The position numbers and the translations under genes are program-made. From Eledone cirrhosa (lineage: Eukaryota): a stretch of 64,000 nt of DNA. Location: the NCBI GenBank assembly GCA_964016885.1, contig OZ024741.1, positions 181,784,001 to 181,848,000 of the forward strand, in the 5' to 3' direction. The notes below the pieces were generated by a model. The model was not told where the DNA came from. It was given only the letters and a program-made list of their open reading frames with translations, and searched no databases. Below, in pieces: positions 1 through 13,760 of this stretch (positions within the stretch are counted from its first letter, which is position 1; each line of letters starts with the position of its first letter).

Positions 1-357
1 GGTAGCCTTATTAATCATTTAATTCAACAATACTTTAATCTTAGGAGGTGAATAGGGAATTGATGCTTTTAGCAACTCTATTTTACCTTGATATAAATTG
101 AACGGAGGATTTCTCTGGGAGCTGCACGGTGCAACGCTGAAGTATCTTTGATCAGTCATTCCAGGAATGACAATAAGGCATGCATGGGATTGCATTATTC
201 ATGTGTAATTTATAAATGTATAACGTATAAAGAGGACACTGTGATAAACAGGCGAAACACCAGAGTAACAAGAATCGTTATTTAGCATTAATAAAATGAA
301 TATGAAATCCCTACTTCGGTACTGACTAATATTTTACCTCAGCCGTCTACCACATAG

Positions 358-526
<169 letters not shown>

Positions 527-529
<3 letters not shown>

Positions 530-675
530 TGTGAGAAAAACCACAAACCCCGCATCTCAGTTCTACTTTCGAAAAGCAGAAGAACTGCGAAACAGGTAAA
601 CGAACCAAATAAATATATATTAAAAGAAAAAAAAAAGACTCCAGTTGCATTTTCGATTTCATCTTTTTTCCTCAT
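527..675 (+). repeat. Short (TA)n-embedded dispersed repeat, second copy at ~29650-29790
   Basis: GAAAAACCACA...GAAAAGCAGAAGA..TGCGAAACAGGTAAACGAACCAAATAA...GACTCCAGTTG is shared by both sites. Confidence 0.8.
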
Positions 676-816
676 ATATATATACTCTCGGGAATTTTAC
701 CCGCCCTAGATAGAGATATATATACTTTTTTATTAAGGCTTAGTAAAGTGAATTTTAAAACTCGGCATTGAGTGCTTTGGCATTCAGTGCTTTTTCCTCT
801 TAGCTGTCAACCATAT

Positions 817-859
<43 letters not shown>

Positions 860-862
<3 letters not shown>

Positions 863-3800
863 CAGAGGAACCTTGGGAATACATACATTTCCCCTTGATT
901 TCTCCAACAATAGTGACTTTATACGACTGACAGTTATGCGTGGGCCCTTATATAGACATGGTGGGTCCAATTTTCTGAAAAGGATGATGGGAGTTCCTGT
1001 CTTTAGTATCATTTTGTGTGGAAGAAGTCCACGGAGTTCCAGACTATTACAGAACTCTGCAAGTTAATTAACAGCTTCATCATTCCTTTCAATCTTGTCA
1101 ATGGAGAACCTTATGTATGAACCTTCCCATTGAGCGTATCCAGTAGGCATTGGTTGATCTGATTTACCATATTATTCTTTGATGTTAAAATTGTTCGCTC
1201 AAACAGCCATGATTGATTGATATAATTTGTGGTAACATTTGGATATACTTGATCAATTAGTTTATTTGCTGTATTGCAGATATTTCCAAATGTTACAGAT
1301 TTCCATCACCCGATGTAATTAGCTGTTTTGCAAAAGTATCAGTTTCTGTATCATTGTGAAACTGCACTCTCATGTTCGTCGTCAAGATTAATCGCTGGAC
1401 TTATTGCCATATATTTGAGACATTGAGGCAACCGTTTACAATATCAGCTCTTGTGCCTTTATGAACAACGGGGATAATCAGTCTGAAGTCACCAGCAAGC
1501 CCCATCGTTACTTCTCCCATAATTTCATTGCATCCTCTGATGTCGCTTAAAGAACGGTCAAGTGCTTCAAATAACCTTCTATGTGCCATTATCGCCTTCT
1601 CCGAAAGCTCTTCTTTTGACATGTTATTTTTCATATTGCCCGAAGGAGACTTTACTCTTATGACATTCAATGGCAACATGAATATTATTGTTTTGCCTCC
1701 ATGAAGTAAGGTAGCGGCAATAGCCAAGGGAATCTACTTTCGCTGTCTTACTTTTGCCAAAATGAGTTTTATAATGAAGGTTTTATCGGTTCCTCAGAGA
1801 GCATTCAAGAAGTAAAGGCCTTCTTCATTCTGGTTGATACTGTTCAAATTTTTCCATAAGCAATCCTTTGCTCTTCAGTTAGCTTTTCTTAATTTTCATT
1901 GACATATTGTGTAAGCTTTTTGATTTCATAGTTCGCCTCCCTTAATATATCCTATGATAAATGACATGTAACTGTGTCTTGAGGTTCTTGTAAACTGCAA
2001 TCCTTAAGGGACCAGCCAATTTTACTCAGATGGTTGTTAATTTCTGTCAGAGCTTCGTTATAGATCGGTGGAGAAAAATCTACATCAATGCCAGTGTTTT
2101 GAAGTTTGATCATGTGCAGTATATCTTCCAACAAGTTTTTCTCATAGCTTACACAGGAACTCAATGGATTTGAAATATTGCACGTAGTGAACATTACAGC
2201 GAGGAGTTTTCGAAGTTGTTTAGACATTTGTGTGGCAGCTGCATATTTCAATGTTTTTTCCAATATTCCCCATCTTTACGTAGGCCAAGTAATTTACATG
2301 CTTCAGCATACGCTACACAGGGAATTCCATTTACAATTTTGGTATTTTCAAATGATGTTGAACATCTAGCAGTGTGAAGGAGTAACCTCTAAAAGAGACA
2401 TTCCTTATGTCTAGAATGGACTGTGTAAACCCTCCATTCCTATTGTGCCACCTGCATTGATGTCTTGATAGACTATCTTTCGTTTGCTCAATTTCCTTTT
2501 GTTCCATATGTAGAATGTGGGAATCTCATGATAAAGCAAAGTTTTAGCAAAGGCATCTTCTCTACAAAGCTTTAAAAAAGCAGTGAGAGTTGTGTCTGGA
2601 GGAGATCTAGCCATCAATTGTGCATTGTAGTAAGTATAAAATATCCTCTGAACACTTTTCAAGTGGGCAGCAAGGTTTAATTTTGTTCGGTGTCTATTGT
2701 GTATATCGAAACCAAAGATTTTCCATATGGCTTCATTGCTAGAAATGTATCTTCCTGTTAGGTGCGTTTTAACATCATTCAATTATTTATCTCCACCAAT
2801 AGTAGAGGTTAACATATCACTACCTTTGTTGAACTATTTACAAACAGTTAATTGATTTGACTGTTGCGCTGTACTCACTATTGATGTGAGCGTCAAGGAT
2901 TTTGCAGAGGAGAGGATTGTAGGGAACGACCCAATTGCTTCCAACCTGAACATCTTGACCTCGTATCTTGATAATTGCATTTTTTTCATCAAAGTCAAGG
3001 CTTATCCGTCTGTATTGAGGATATCCATCATCTCCAGTTATGTTTTCTTGTTGAAAAGACCTTGGATGTCTTTTTCACATTTGTTACTTTTCATACACAC
3101 ATTCTCAGGGATTATACTGCCACATAGACCATGTAAAACAGTTCTGCTTCTTCTTCAGGATAGGGCAATTCGGCACTTATGATTTTATCAATTTCATTTG
3201 AATGAATGTGGTTAGTACACCAAATTATCGTGTGGGAATGAGGAAGACCTCTTTTCTGCCATTCAATGATGTAAGGCCAACATCTTAGTTCTCCAAAAGT
3301 TTGTCCATCTTTCAGCAGCCACATCAAGATCTTCTGTTTCTCATTAAAAACCCTGGTAATGATGTCATGTCATTTGCATCTTGGTGTTTTGAATTTCCTG
3401 CCACATAAGATTGCATGCAAATATAATGAAAAGAGCTAAAAAACCAAATTTTCTTACATATGCCAATGCATCTGGTGTGTGCGCAGCCATATAACGTGGA
3501 CTGACTGAAACGAGATGGCAGAATGACTGGCTGACCAACACAGGAATGATTCATTCCATCGATTACATTGGTGTCACTCAAGTGGATGTAATGTTCTGTG
3601 TTAAGTTTAGCTTGGTTAATTTTAATGAATGCTAACCATTAATTGGCTTGTATGTCTTTTCATTCTTAGGATATGGATGAAGCAATCTCTTATCACGAAG
3701 TAGAATGAAAAAAAGTTGTTGCAAATTTTATCTATCCTGACTACTGCAAAAAATCAAAAGATACTGAAGAGCGTCGTATACTCTGTGTGTCCCTGCAATT

Positions 3801-3990
3801 CTTCGTAAATGACCAAATCTCTCCTGTGCAATGATGACTGTGGATCCACATTGTTCAGTACAGCCACTTCGTCTTCAGTGGTTTGTTATAACGCCATTTG
3901 TGTTCTGTTGCTGTTTTCTTTTTTACCAAGTCTGATAATAATTTTATACATGGGGTTTGCATTTGTTTTCTCAGGCAAATTTGAATACTC
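860..3990 (-). pseudogene. Decayed Helitron Rep-helicase (HUH Rep + Pif1-like SF1 helicase), many frameshifts/stops
   Basis: Minus-strand fragments in the expected order: IEWQKRGLPHSH (HUH Rep motif), GRYISSNEAIWKIFGF, a decayed Walker A (FLNAL*GTDKTF ~1770-1810), IAATLLHGGKT, MAHRRLFEALDRSLSDIRG, LAGDFRLIIPVV, ILKTGTPIILFRKLDPPCLYKGPR. Both ends are interrupted by (TA)n. Confidence 0.92.
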
Positions 3991-4022
3991 TTAACTCTTA
4001 TGTAATGATGGTTTTCATGAAG

Positions 4023-4080
<58 letters not shown>

Positions 4081-4086
4081 CATACA

Positions 4087-4175
<89 letters not shown>

Positions 4176-4329
4176 TGTGTGTGTGTGTGTGTGTGTGTGT
4201 AAGTATGCCCACGTACATATATACACACATATATACATATATACACACACATACATATATACATATACATTTATGTATTAGCTGTGCTAGGGCGAGAAGT
4301 AAAATTCTAATTTCATATACATATATATT

Positions 4330-4540
4330 TATAAGTTTCATCGCGGGTTCAATCGGGGGTAACCACAGTAAGTAAGGTACTCAATACATAGCAGAGTATA
4401 AATATTTAATATAGAAATGACTTCTACAGGACTAGAACTGTTTCATTCGGGAGAAATTATAAGGAGGTCCATCGGAGCTTCCTGGTGATTTCTCCCGAAT
4501 GAAACAGTTCTAGTCCTGTAGAAGCCATTTCAATATTATA
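4330..4540. mobile_element. Miniature fold-back (hairpin) element with one-sided tail, next to (TA)n
   Basis: Arms ~4408-4457 and ~4488-4537 are near-perfect reverse complements. The tail carries GTACTCAATAC. Confidence 0.75.
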
Positions 4541-4758
4541 TATATATATATATTCAAAATGTTTATGTATATTGAACATACATACTCGCTGTGAGTCTTT
4601 TATGCTGTGATATCATCACAGCTTAAAATACTTACTGGAGGATTATGTATTTTGTTTTATATAAGTATATAGTATATTTTTTTTTTATACCTCTTTTTCT
4701 GAATTACGCTGTATTTCACTTACCACTACACATTTACACCCTCCATATATATATATAT

Positions 4759-4850
4759 GTATTTCCTGGCAGTATGAAGTAATCTTTTGTGAAACAATCC
4801 AGTATCCATATGCCGATGATATACTGCAGCGAAACACGTTTTAGAATTAC
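4759..4850 (+). ncRNA. Degenerate hammerhead-like motif (catalytic core partly deleted)
   Basis: GTATTTC-CTG-GCAGTAT...ATACTGC-AGC-GAAAC-ACGT...GAATTAC. Stem I and stem II pair, but CUGANGA is incomplete. Confidence 0.35.
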
Positions 4851-4936
4851 TAATAATTATTAATAAATGAAATATTGATTGAACACCAACATTATTGCCT
4901 CAGTGATTTTACCACAACACTTGACTATATATATAT

Positions 4937-5059
<123 letters not shown>

Positions 5060-5133
5060 ATATATATATATATGTTATATATATATATATATAACATATA
5101 TATATATAACATATATATATATATATATATATG

Positions 5134-5200
<67 letters not shown>

Positions 5201-6003
5201 GTGTGTATGCGCACGCATGTGTGTGTATGTGTATGCGTGCATGTGTAAGTGTGTGTGTGTGTGTGTTTCTATGTATGTGTACGGTTATATGTATGTATCT
5301 ATGTGTAGTCTGCGTATTTGAGTGTATGGCTGGGAGAGACAGGGAAAGAAAGAGATACGTATGTATATTATGTTAATGTACCAGTAAAAGTTTGATGTAA
5401 TTTGAATTTCATTCACCTCATTGAACATGGTTGGTGTCGGTGGAATAAAATACAACAGAGAATTAGGTAATTTGTCCGAATCACAATATTTTGGAGTTGT
5501 ACTTGCCTGGAAAATGAATTCATCTAAGACCGTGTGTTGAAAATAAAATAATTATTGCTCGAAAGAGTCATAACAGCCATTCACAAATATATAAAAGCGA
5601 TTAACCTTACTTAATATATATAATTTATTTCTTGGAGTCAAAATTTTCGTCGCAGTGTCTGCGACCTAGTCATCGACACAAGAAGACAAGACATACATGG
5701 TGTATATGATATTAATAGTTTTTCTATTATGTCATATAAAACGACTGAAACTTATTTCTTGAAGTACAATGATTTGGTAGCATTGTTGCATAACCTATTT
5801 TGTTATACCATTTTCTGGTATTGTAGAATGTGTTGGAATCCCGATCGAAAGTTTAAGAAGTTCGCTTCGCAATCATAAAGTTCCATTTTCGAACCAACTG
5901 CGTGGTCTTTTACGCAATACTCTTTTACCATAACTGCGGTTCTGAGTAAATCTGGAGAGACAGCAACTCTTTCGAAGTCATCCAGATGAATTGTATCTGT
6001 TTA

Positions 6004-6198
6004 CAGACTTGTCAACTCTCCCAGTACGACGGGTAGACCTCCCACCTACTTTGGGGTGGGTGAGAGATGTCTTCTCTTGTGGAAATGGGTATAGCTTTCA
6101 TTATGTAAAATCTCCCTCTTTTGCCTCATTTCTCCCCGTTTTGGCGCACTTTTTTTCATGATACTCCCCGTTTGGATCTTTAGATGTTGGCAGGTCTG
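6004..6198. mobile_element. MITE, probably hAT-type
   Basis: Imperfect TIRs CAGACTTGTCAAC / GTTGGCAGGTCTG. No clean TSD. Confidence 0.55.
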
Positions 6199-8229
6199 CT
6201 GTAATTCAATGACCCAGTGTAGTCACATATTGTGTTACGCTGAAACTCCCCGAGAATTGAGTTAAGTGCGCATGTGTTTATGGAACTTACACATTAATTT
6301 CACGAACAAGGTGTTCTGTTGATAGAATAAATAGATCACTCATCGGAGAAACTGACGGACATCCAGTCTATCTAATTTAACATTTTTCTAGATTTGTTTT
6401 ATCACATACTTGCTCTTGAAAATGTAATAAACTTTGATCTATTATCCATTAGAAACTTAGATACAATATATTCAATACATCCTCAACTTTTATAATAGCT
6501 GTAAAAGATAGCAGCATCACCTGTTGTTATGATTGAAAGGTTTATAATTTTCCATTTTACTTCCTATGTTTATTGGATATTTTTGGTTTTTCAATTGCTC
6601 CAATTTGATACTGTCTATATATTTATAAAGAAATATTTCAGTGATATTAATGGAATTTTTGTTTGGTGTCACCATTTTAATTCTTTCTACTAAATCTTCC
6701 GAAAATATCGAAAAAATCACCAAAATGTATTTCCTATTGCTTAATTTTTATTTCAGATTGTTTTCATGCCTTCAATTTAAAATATAATCTCCATTATATT
6801 TCTCTCTCGCTTGAAATCAGACGTAGGCGGTTAATATTATTTCTATTAGTGTTGATAATATTTTTTTCTAGAATTTTCTTGTTTCATTAATTTCAATAAT
6901 AAAAACGAATTCTATTTTGCTTTTATTTAATTTTCCGTCAATTCCATATTTGTGTTTGAAAAGGTTTCCAAAAATCCGTTTAAAAAACACCTTTCTAAAC
7001 ATTATTTTGATTTGGGGAAATAAGTTAAGTGTAATAAACTAATCTAAATTGCCAGATATAAATATCAGTAAACACGAAATATATTATAAAATGGAATTGT
7101 TTCCATAATTCTAATATTTGGTCAACAGTAAGGATAAACAATATCTCACTAAATGATGCACTCACATTTTCGTTAAATTGTTGGAATTTCATATTCAGTT
7201 AAAACGGTTGTCATCCAGCCATTTACGTTTTTATTTGCCTACAACAAACAAAAGGTCGAAATTAACGAAAGGCTATTTCACTGGAAGTGATCCCTTGATA
7301 TAGTTACGTAATGAATGGTTTGACACTTACACATGAGACTTGAACATCAACGAAAGCTCTTAAATAAACGCCTTATCATAATATATTTTAAAATTGAAAG
7401 TGAATTGTGTATGAAATATCTTTTAAGAAAAAATCTAATATGTATACTCGTACATATGGATTGCAACAACTTTTTGACAAACCTCACATATTTTCTTCAA
7501 TTTGAATTTTCGGCACGCGGTCTCAAATTAATATGGAAGGAAAATTAAAGTTGTACGAAATTCTTACAAGACAATCTTATAACGGAAATCATAAAAAAGG
7601 TGACTGGGATCACCGAAATCATAGCCGTGTCACTGTGTAGTCAGTAGAGGACTGGTAGCCAACATGATATGTGTTTTCTAAAACCTAGAAAACGTGTAGG
7701 AGGAAGGGAGCAACTCATCTTTAAACCGTAGAATTGATCTGAATGATTATAACGAAGTGGACTCCACTAAAAACATCCAACAAACAGGTGGCGGTATTAA
7801 ACTGGGTGACAAATTACGTGTAACATTAAAATATTCAGAATGCATGGAGCAAATAAGGCAAATCATCTTTCAATTCCCAAAATATAAGGCTCTGGAGTTA
7901 TACTTTATTTTATCGACACCGAAAAGATACAAGGTCAAACTCATCACAGTAACATTGGAACTCAGAGTGCAGTAGCTGCACTTTAAAATAAATATTAAGC
8001 AACGATATATTACCAAGAGAAGACCTGTTCAAATATGAAATTGAAATATTAGCATCATAACAATAGAAGTTTCTTTGCTAACTCATTGGCCAGAGAGTGG
8101 AAGTAGTTAGAGATCATGGAGGTGTTTCTCAAATAATATCAATTACTGATTTATTTTCAATGTATATACAAAATGGAATAATTTTGAATGCATATTTGAA
8201 AATGCTGTGCATTGTTCTTTCCGAGACTC

Positions 8230-8450
8230 TTTGGTCTTAGTTCGAATTTCGTCGGAGTTAACTTTGATATTAAAGATGATCATGAAGATGACGATAACTA
8301 GATGGTGATCAGCCGATAGCTCAGCATTTCTCTTCACACGAACATCTAGCACATAATTAAAGAGATCAGAGACAATAACAAATTCAATTATTGATCTCCG
8401 TCCTTGATTCCCCTTATAACATGTATATTTATGGCTGTTTTCTACTGGCA
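8230..8450 (-). pseudogene. Non-LTR (RTE-like) AP-endonuclease C-terminal fragment
   Basis: YTCYKGNQGRRSIIEFVIVSD...DVRVKRNAELSADHHLV matches the APE SxID..SDH region. Confidence 0.75.
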
Positions 8451-8567
8451 GAACATATTCATAATAGAGATTAAAAGGAAAGTTTATCGCAGCATGATTT
8501 GAACGTAGAACACAGAGAGACCTAAATATATACGGCAATATCGATTGTGTCATATATAGTCATATAT

Positions 8568-8750
8568 ATTTCTACTTTTGGTACAAGGTCAGCAATTACC
8601 CCAATGCTTTACTGGTGCTTTATTTTATCGACCCCCGTAAGGATGAAAGGCAAAGTAAACCTCAGCGGTATTTGAACTCAGAACGTAAAGGGCCATATCT
8701 CTACGCTGAAAGCATGGTGTCTGACGCTCTACTGATACTGGATTGCCACG
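8568..8750 (-). mobile_element. tRNA-head SINE family A
   Basis: Reverse complement of the family seen at 22419-22608. Confidence 0.85.
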
Positions 8751-8845
8751 ACTAGTACTTCCATAAATTTTTAGTATCGACAGGATGTTTCCCATTTAGG
8801 GAGGGTTTACTCGACTACATTCTCACCAGAACATGACTAGTATTA

Positions 8846-9012
8846 CCGTATTTCCCGACGCCGAAGACGCTTCGTCCTCGAGGACGCACCCTAATTTTGA
8901 CAACCAAAAATTTGAAAAAAATAACAAACAACCTGCGGCCTCCAGGATGCATGGTAGATTTTTTAGACTTATTTTAGAAAAAAAGTAGCGTCTTCGACGC
9001 CGGGAAATACGT
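8846..9012. mobile_element. Tc1/mariner (Tc2/pogo-like) MITE inserted in an old SINE
   Basis: TIRs CCGTATTTCCCGACGCCGAAGACGC / GCGTCTTCGACGCCGGGAAATACGT, flanked by TA at 8844-45 and 9013-14. Confidence 0.85.
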
Positions 9013-9231
9013 TATTTTATTGATTTCGGAAATATAAAAGAAACAGTTGAACCACTCGAGTTTAGAATTCCGAATGTAAACGCATATACCTAAATGCTAC
9101 AAGGCATTTTGTTTGTCACATTGTAACGATTCTGGCATCCTGTATCTATACTTGGAAGGATGGTCAGTAAAATGGAATTTGGTGAGGTTTTAATCCAAAG
9201 TTATGTGTGTTTCTAACACATGCATACACAA

Positions 9232-9421
9232 ATAATTGTTTCTACTTTAGGCACAAGGCCAGCAATTACCCAGTGCATTACTGGTACTTTATTTTATCGA
9301 CCCCGTAAGGATGAAAGGCAAAGTCAACCTGGGCGGGATTTGAACTCAGATTGTAAAGGGCCGTAACTATGCTGTAAAGCATGGCGTCCGACCCTCTACC
9401 GATACTGCCAATCCACCGCCC
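9232..9421 (-). mobile_element. tRNA-head SINE family A, full length
   Basis: Matches the family. Imperfect TSD (AC(A/G)TGCATACA(C/A)AAATA) on both sides. Confidence 0.9.
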
Positions 9422-9919
9422 TTCCACGTGCATACAAAAATAATAACATCTAGTTTGAGAGAACGCGTGAGTAAGTAAACTCCTAACTTGACTCTTACTT
9501 TTATTTATTCGCCTTCGAAAGGATGGAAGGCAAAGCCAATACTAGTCATTCGAAATATATTTATAAAAGGTATTCAGTTTACTAATGAAGTAAAGTGCCA
9601 GTACATGATCAATCAACCTGCTAGAAAAAGCAGGCAAATCTCCTCCATCAAATTACATCCTACCTCCTAGAAAATACTGGGACACATTCGATAATGATGT
9701 TCTGGATAGGAAATACGTGGAAGAAAGCAAGAAATAGCAATGACTCAAACATCATGGACCATTCGCTCCTTCATAGATCTCAACATTAGCAACAACTACA
9801 ACCACAACCGAAGTGATCCTGTCTGCCTTGATTTGTAGATATCAATAATTACGTCAGGGAATAGTGAATGATGCAGGATAGAAGTGGAAGCCAAATTTGC
9901 CACTCTGGAACCATTATTT

Positions 9920-10102
9920 AGCAGTATCCGTAGAGGGTCGGGCGCCATGCTTTGCAGCATAGAGTTACGGGCCTTTATTATCTGAGTTCAAATCCCGCCG
10001 AGGTTAGCTTTGCCTTTCATCCTTACGGGGTCGATAAAATAAAGTACCAGTAATACACTGAGTAATTGCTGGCCTTGTTCCAAAAGTAGAAACAATTATT
10101 AT
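9920..10102 (+). mobile_element. tRNA-head SINE family A
   Basis: B box GAGTTCAAATC, central GCCTTTCATCCTTACGGGGTCGATAAAATAAAGTACCAG, and a tail ending AAGTAGAAACAATTATT. Confidence 0.88.
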
Positions 10103-10788
10103 TCCAAGCTATTTATCTTACATCTCTAACGAATCCACCCGGAAAGGTATGATCCGATTCTGTTTCGTCTTCTATATCCTCTCCACAGCACGGAGACCTT
10201 GCAACGAAAACCATAATGCATGTTTATATGAAGATCAAATATTCTAATGAAAAGATAACTATATATAATGTAGATTTGGAATCGTTCAATCAGTTCTTAC
10301 TGCAATACAGTTTGGTGCCATCTTTGTTAGGGTGGCAGTTATACGATAGAACAACAATAGACAGTATAAAGAGGTACTTAAAAAACAGATATATAAATAA
10401 ATAACGAAAAAAAGAAGAAAGTAATAAGGAATTCATAAATGAAGGACAGAAATAGGTGAAAGAGAAACACCATCATGTGTCTATTTCGATATGAAGTGTC
10501 ATTGCAATCACTATAAAGCGTTTACTTTCAAACGAATCCTTCTATTGATTCTGTATGACGCCCGAGAGGCGTTAACGAAGCCAGAATTGCTACTGTAGAC
10601 AATGAGTTTTATTCTATAATGTGAAAGCGTGAAGCAATGAATAAAAATGACATTTAATAAGATGACATTGAATAAGGATGTGGCACTGAATAGGATTGTC
10701 AATTGATCACCTTATACCGACAGATGGTGTTTATTATGAGAAGCGCGTAATATGAGTAACTTATTCAAAATGTTGAGTCCTGAGGTAA

Positions 10789-10888
<100 letters not shown>

Positions 10889-11280
10889 TTAACTTATAAC
10901 ATTCTGTAATGTTTTAGCAGAAAATGTTTTAAAACAGGTTTTCAAATTCAATTGCTTATAATAATTTTGCTAGTAGAGGAATCGTAGTGACAAATTGCCA
11001 TACAAGTCGTAGTTCAGTTTAAACGTATCAAAACGGATTCGATAATGTGGTTGATTCCATGTGGTATAGGATTCTAAGAGTTAAATGGCTAAACGAAAGA
11101 TTTAACACACCTACAATTGTAACACACACACACACACCCACACAAACTCACAGACACACACACATGTATGTATATATGTATATATCCGAACATATTGACA
11201 GTTTTCCTACGCTATCAAGCATTAAAGAAATACATTTTTTTCATTCTAATCTGTTGCCTGCTATGTTACATCTACATTTC

Positions 11281-11328
<48 letters not shown>

Positions 11329-11330
<2 letters not shown>

Positions 11331-11503
11331 CGAAGGAAGTGTGGTAAGGAACCAGGTGCACCATAACGCACCAGAGTACTCAATACTTAGGGTAGTATAA
11401 TGGGTAATAGGAAAAATGTTCAAGACCCCGACGGAAGAGCCTAGAGTCCAGAAATATCGGTCGAAACGCCTTGAGCTCTGCTGTCGAGGTCTGGACCATT
11501 TTC

Positions 11504-11507
<4 letters not shown>
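11329..11507. mobile_element. Miniature hairpin element in (TA)n, same family as 29444-29638 (opposite orientation, partly deleted)
   Basis: CAGGTGCACCATAAC...GAGTACTCAATACTT...GGGTAATAGGAAAA is the reverse complement of the 29557-29620 tail. It contains an imperfect hairpin with GTCGAAACG. Confidence 0.75.
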
Positions 11508-11551
<44 letters not shown>

Positions 11552-11600
11552 AAAATGAATACAAAGAGTTTAAAGCCGTTAAAACATGTTTATATAATTG

Positions 11601-11643
11601 TGCACCTACGTACGTTTCGCCCTGAGCGGTTTTATCAAAGGCA
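11601..11643 (-). ncRNA. Minimal type-I hammerhead with U3-A8 core variant
   Basis: Minus strand: TGCCT-TTGATAA-AACCGCTCAGGGC-GAAA-CGTACG-TA-GGTGCA. The repeat copies give stem II GCCC-GCTCA-GGGC. Confidence 0.6.
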
Positions 11644-11868
11644 TGGAAAGCAAAATAATGTGGAATAATAATGGTCCAACACCCTGAGCGGGCTTATCAA
11701 GGGCATGGAAAGCAATATAATGCGGAATAATAATGGTACAACACCCTGAGCGGGCTTATCAAGGGCATGGAAAGCAAAATAATGCGGAATAATAATGGTA
11801 CAACACCCTGAGCGGGTTTATCAAGGGCATGGAAAGCAAAATAATGCGGAATAATAATGGTACAACAC
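11620..11868. repeat. 62-bp tandem repeat, 4 copies
   Basis: Unit CCCTGAGCGGGCTTATCAAGGGCATGGAAAGC...GGTACAACA starts at 11620, 11682, 11744 and 11806. Confidence 0.95.
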
Positions 11869-11869
11869 C

Positions 11870-12937
11870 GCACGCCTTAAGAGATAACAGTACCAATGAC
11901 AGAGTTAGAGACATATATAACAACATAGATAGCAATAGTAATAGCTTTACTTTAGGAATTAGGAGCGACCGTGACGGAAAATGCAACTGTCGTGACAGGG
12001 AGGCTGCCCTGTCAGGGGAAACTGCCTGACTGATAAGGTTGTTTATAGGTGCACCGTAACTAGTCATTTCAGAGTTAAACACTATATAGGAGCCACCTCT
12101 GGCCAGTTTAAAACGAGATTTAGAACGCATCTCCACTCTTTCAGGAACAAAAAATTAAGGCGCTCCACATCGCTTGCCAACTATGTCACCACATTGCAAG
12201 ACGCCAACATAAGCTTCTCCACACACTGGGATATTGTCAGTAGGGCTGCACCCTACAACTTCAGGGGGAAATGCCAGCTCTGCCTCGTGGAGCTGTACTA
12301 CGTTATAAGAACACCCCATGAGCTCTTAAACAGCCGAGCAGAATCAGTTATTAATTGTAAACACCGGGTACAGGCGTCGTATTTTGCCTGGGAGGCGACT
12401 GTGACATGAAAACTACGAACTGGGTCCCCCTGCCCGAACCATAACACCCCAGTGGGCACGCAGTATGAACAAACATCTGTGAACCAAATGTACACCGCAG
12501 ACCATACTCAAACAAACATTAGTGAAGCAACATCCACTAAATAATAAATGGACACCCCAGACCCGACTTGTACTGGCACTAGTGAAACAATACACATAAT
12601 ATAAAGATGCTAAACACCAGCATATGAACAGGCATAAAAATCCACATCACTCTCACCCCCTCTCTCTATATATATGCATGTGTGTACATGTACCCCCCCC
12701 CCCACATACACACACAAACGTACCCACACCCCCCACACACATATATCTTTTTAAAATTTGTGTTGTATATTCTGAAGATGAGGTCAGACCATAATTCCAT
12801 CTTAGTAACACCTGGACCTATCGATTCATGTATTGATAGATCTCAATCTTATAGATTAAAGTGTGATTTTGTCCTCTGAAACAATCGTATACAAATAAAC
12901 AATTTTACAAGAATTTGATTGATTTTCTCCTAACGTA

Positions 12938-12940
<3 letters not shown>
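11870..12940 (+). mobile_element. 5'-truncated Penelope-like element: frameshifted GIY-YIG endonuclease + 3' pLTR
   Basis: GKCNCRDR..CPVRGNCL, VVYRC...HYIGATSGQFKTRF, W-IVSRA, CQLCLVE...LLNSR...CKH. It ends at (TA)n. Confidence 0.88.
12763..12894 (+). ncRNA. Hammerhead-like motif with long stem II
   Basis: TTGTA-tatt-CTGAAGA-tGAGG...~85 nt...CCTCt-GAAAC-AATC-GTA-TACAA. Confidence 0.55.
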
Positions 12941-13000
<60 letters not shown>

Positions 13001-13624
13001 ACTCATATAAAATGGTACTAAGTTACAAAGTATATAATGGCTATCTTGCTCTTTACTAACTGTACTTTCATTAATTAATGAAGAGGTTTGAAGGATGTAC
13101 TAAAATGATTAATTATTTCATTAGTAAGATAGTAACTTAACATATGGCTCTTATATAAAATTATGCTGGAAGATTTTGATTTAGATAGGAACCCAATGAA
13201 ATGACTTTTTTTTCATCGTATAACCAGAGCTGGCTTAGGTCAGGCTAGTATAAAAAATTATTTTAGTAAATCTACATTTTCGCAATATAGAAATCAATAA
13301 AAAATTTAAAACTGAATTACTAGACATACGCTATAAATCTTATAAAATATTACTAAATTATACACACATAGGCACACTTATATGTGTTTATGTGCGCGTG
13401 TGTTTATACATGTTTGCGTATACACACACGCGGACAGAGGCACGTTCATACTCGCGCACTCATATATATATATATGTATAGTAGCAGTACATCTGTTTTC
13501 GTCTGTTTCGTAATTTATGAAAATATATGAAAAGAGAACTTGCTTTAGGATATTTTGTTTCTCTATCTCTACCTCCCTCTCTCTTTCTCTCTATCCATCA
13601 ATCTATATCTATATTTATATCATA

Positions 13625-13678
<54 letters not shown>

Positions 13679-13760
13679 GGTGTGGGTATATATATGTATG
13701 GGTGTGGGTGTATATATATATATATATATATACATACATACATACATACACACATACATA

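Noticed and set aside
5788-5992. ~62-codon open minus-strand frame (IHLDDFERVAVSPDLLRTAVMVKEYC...) as a possible host exon
   Set aside because: No recognisable domain or convincing splice sites. A BLASTX or RNA-seq check would be needed.
11620-11868. CRISPR-like regular repeat
   Set aside because: The units are contiguous with no unique spacers, there are no cas genes, and the context is eukaryotic.
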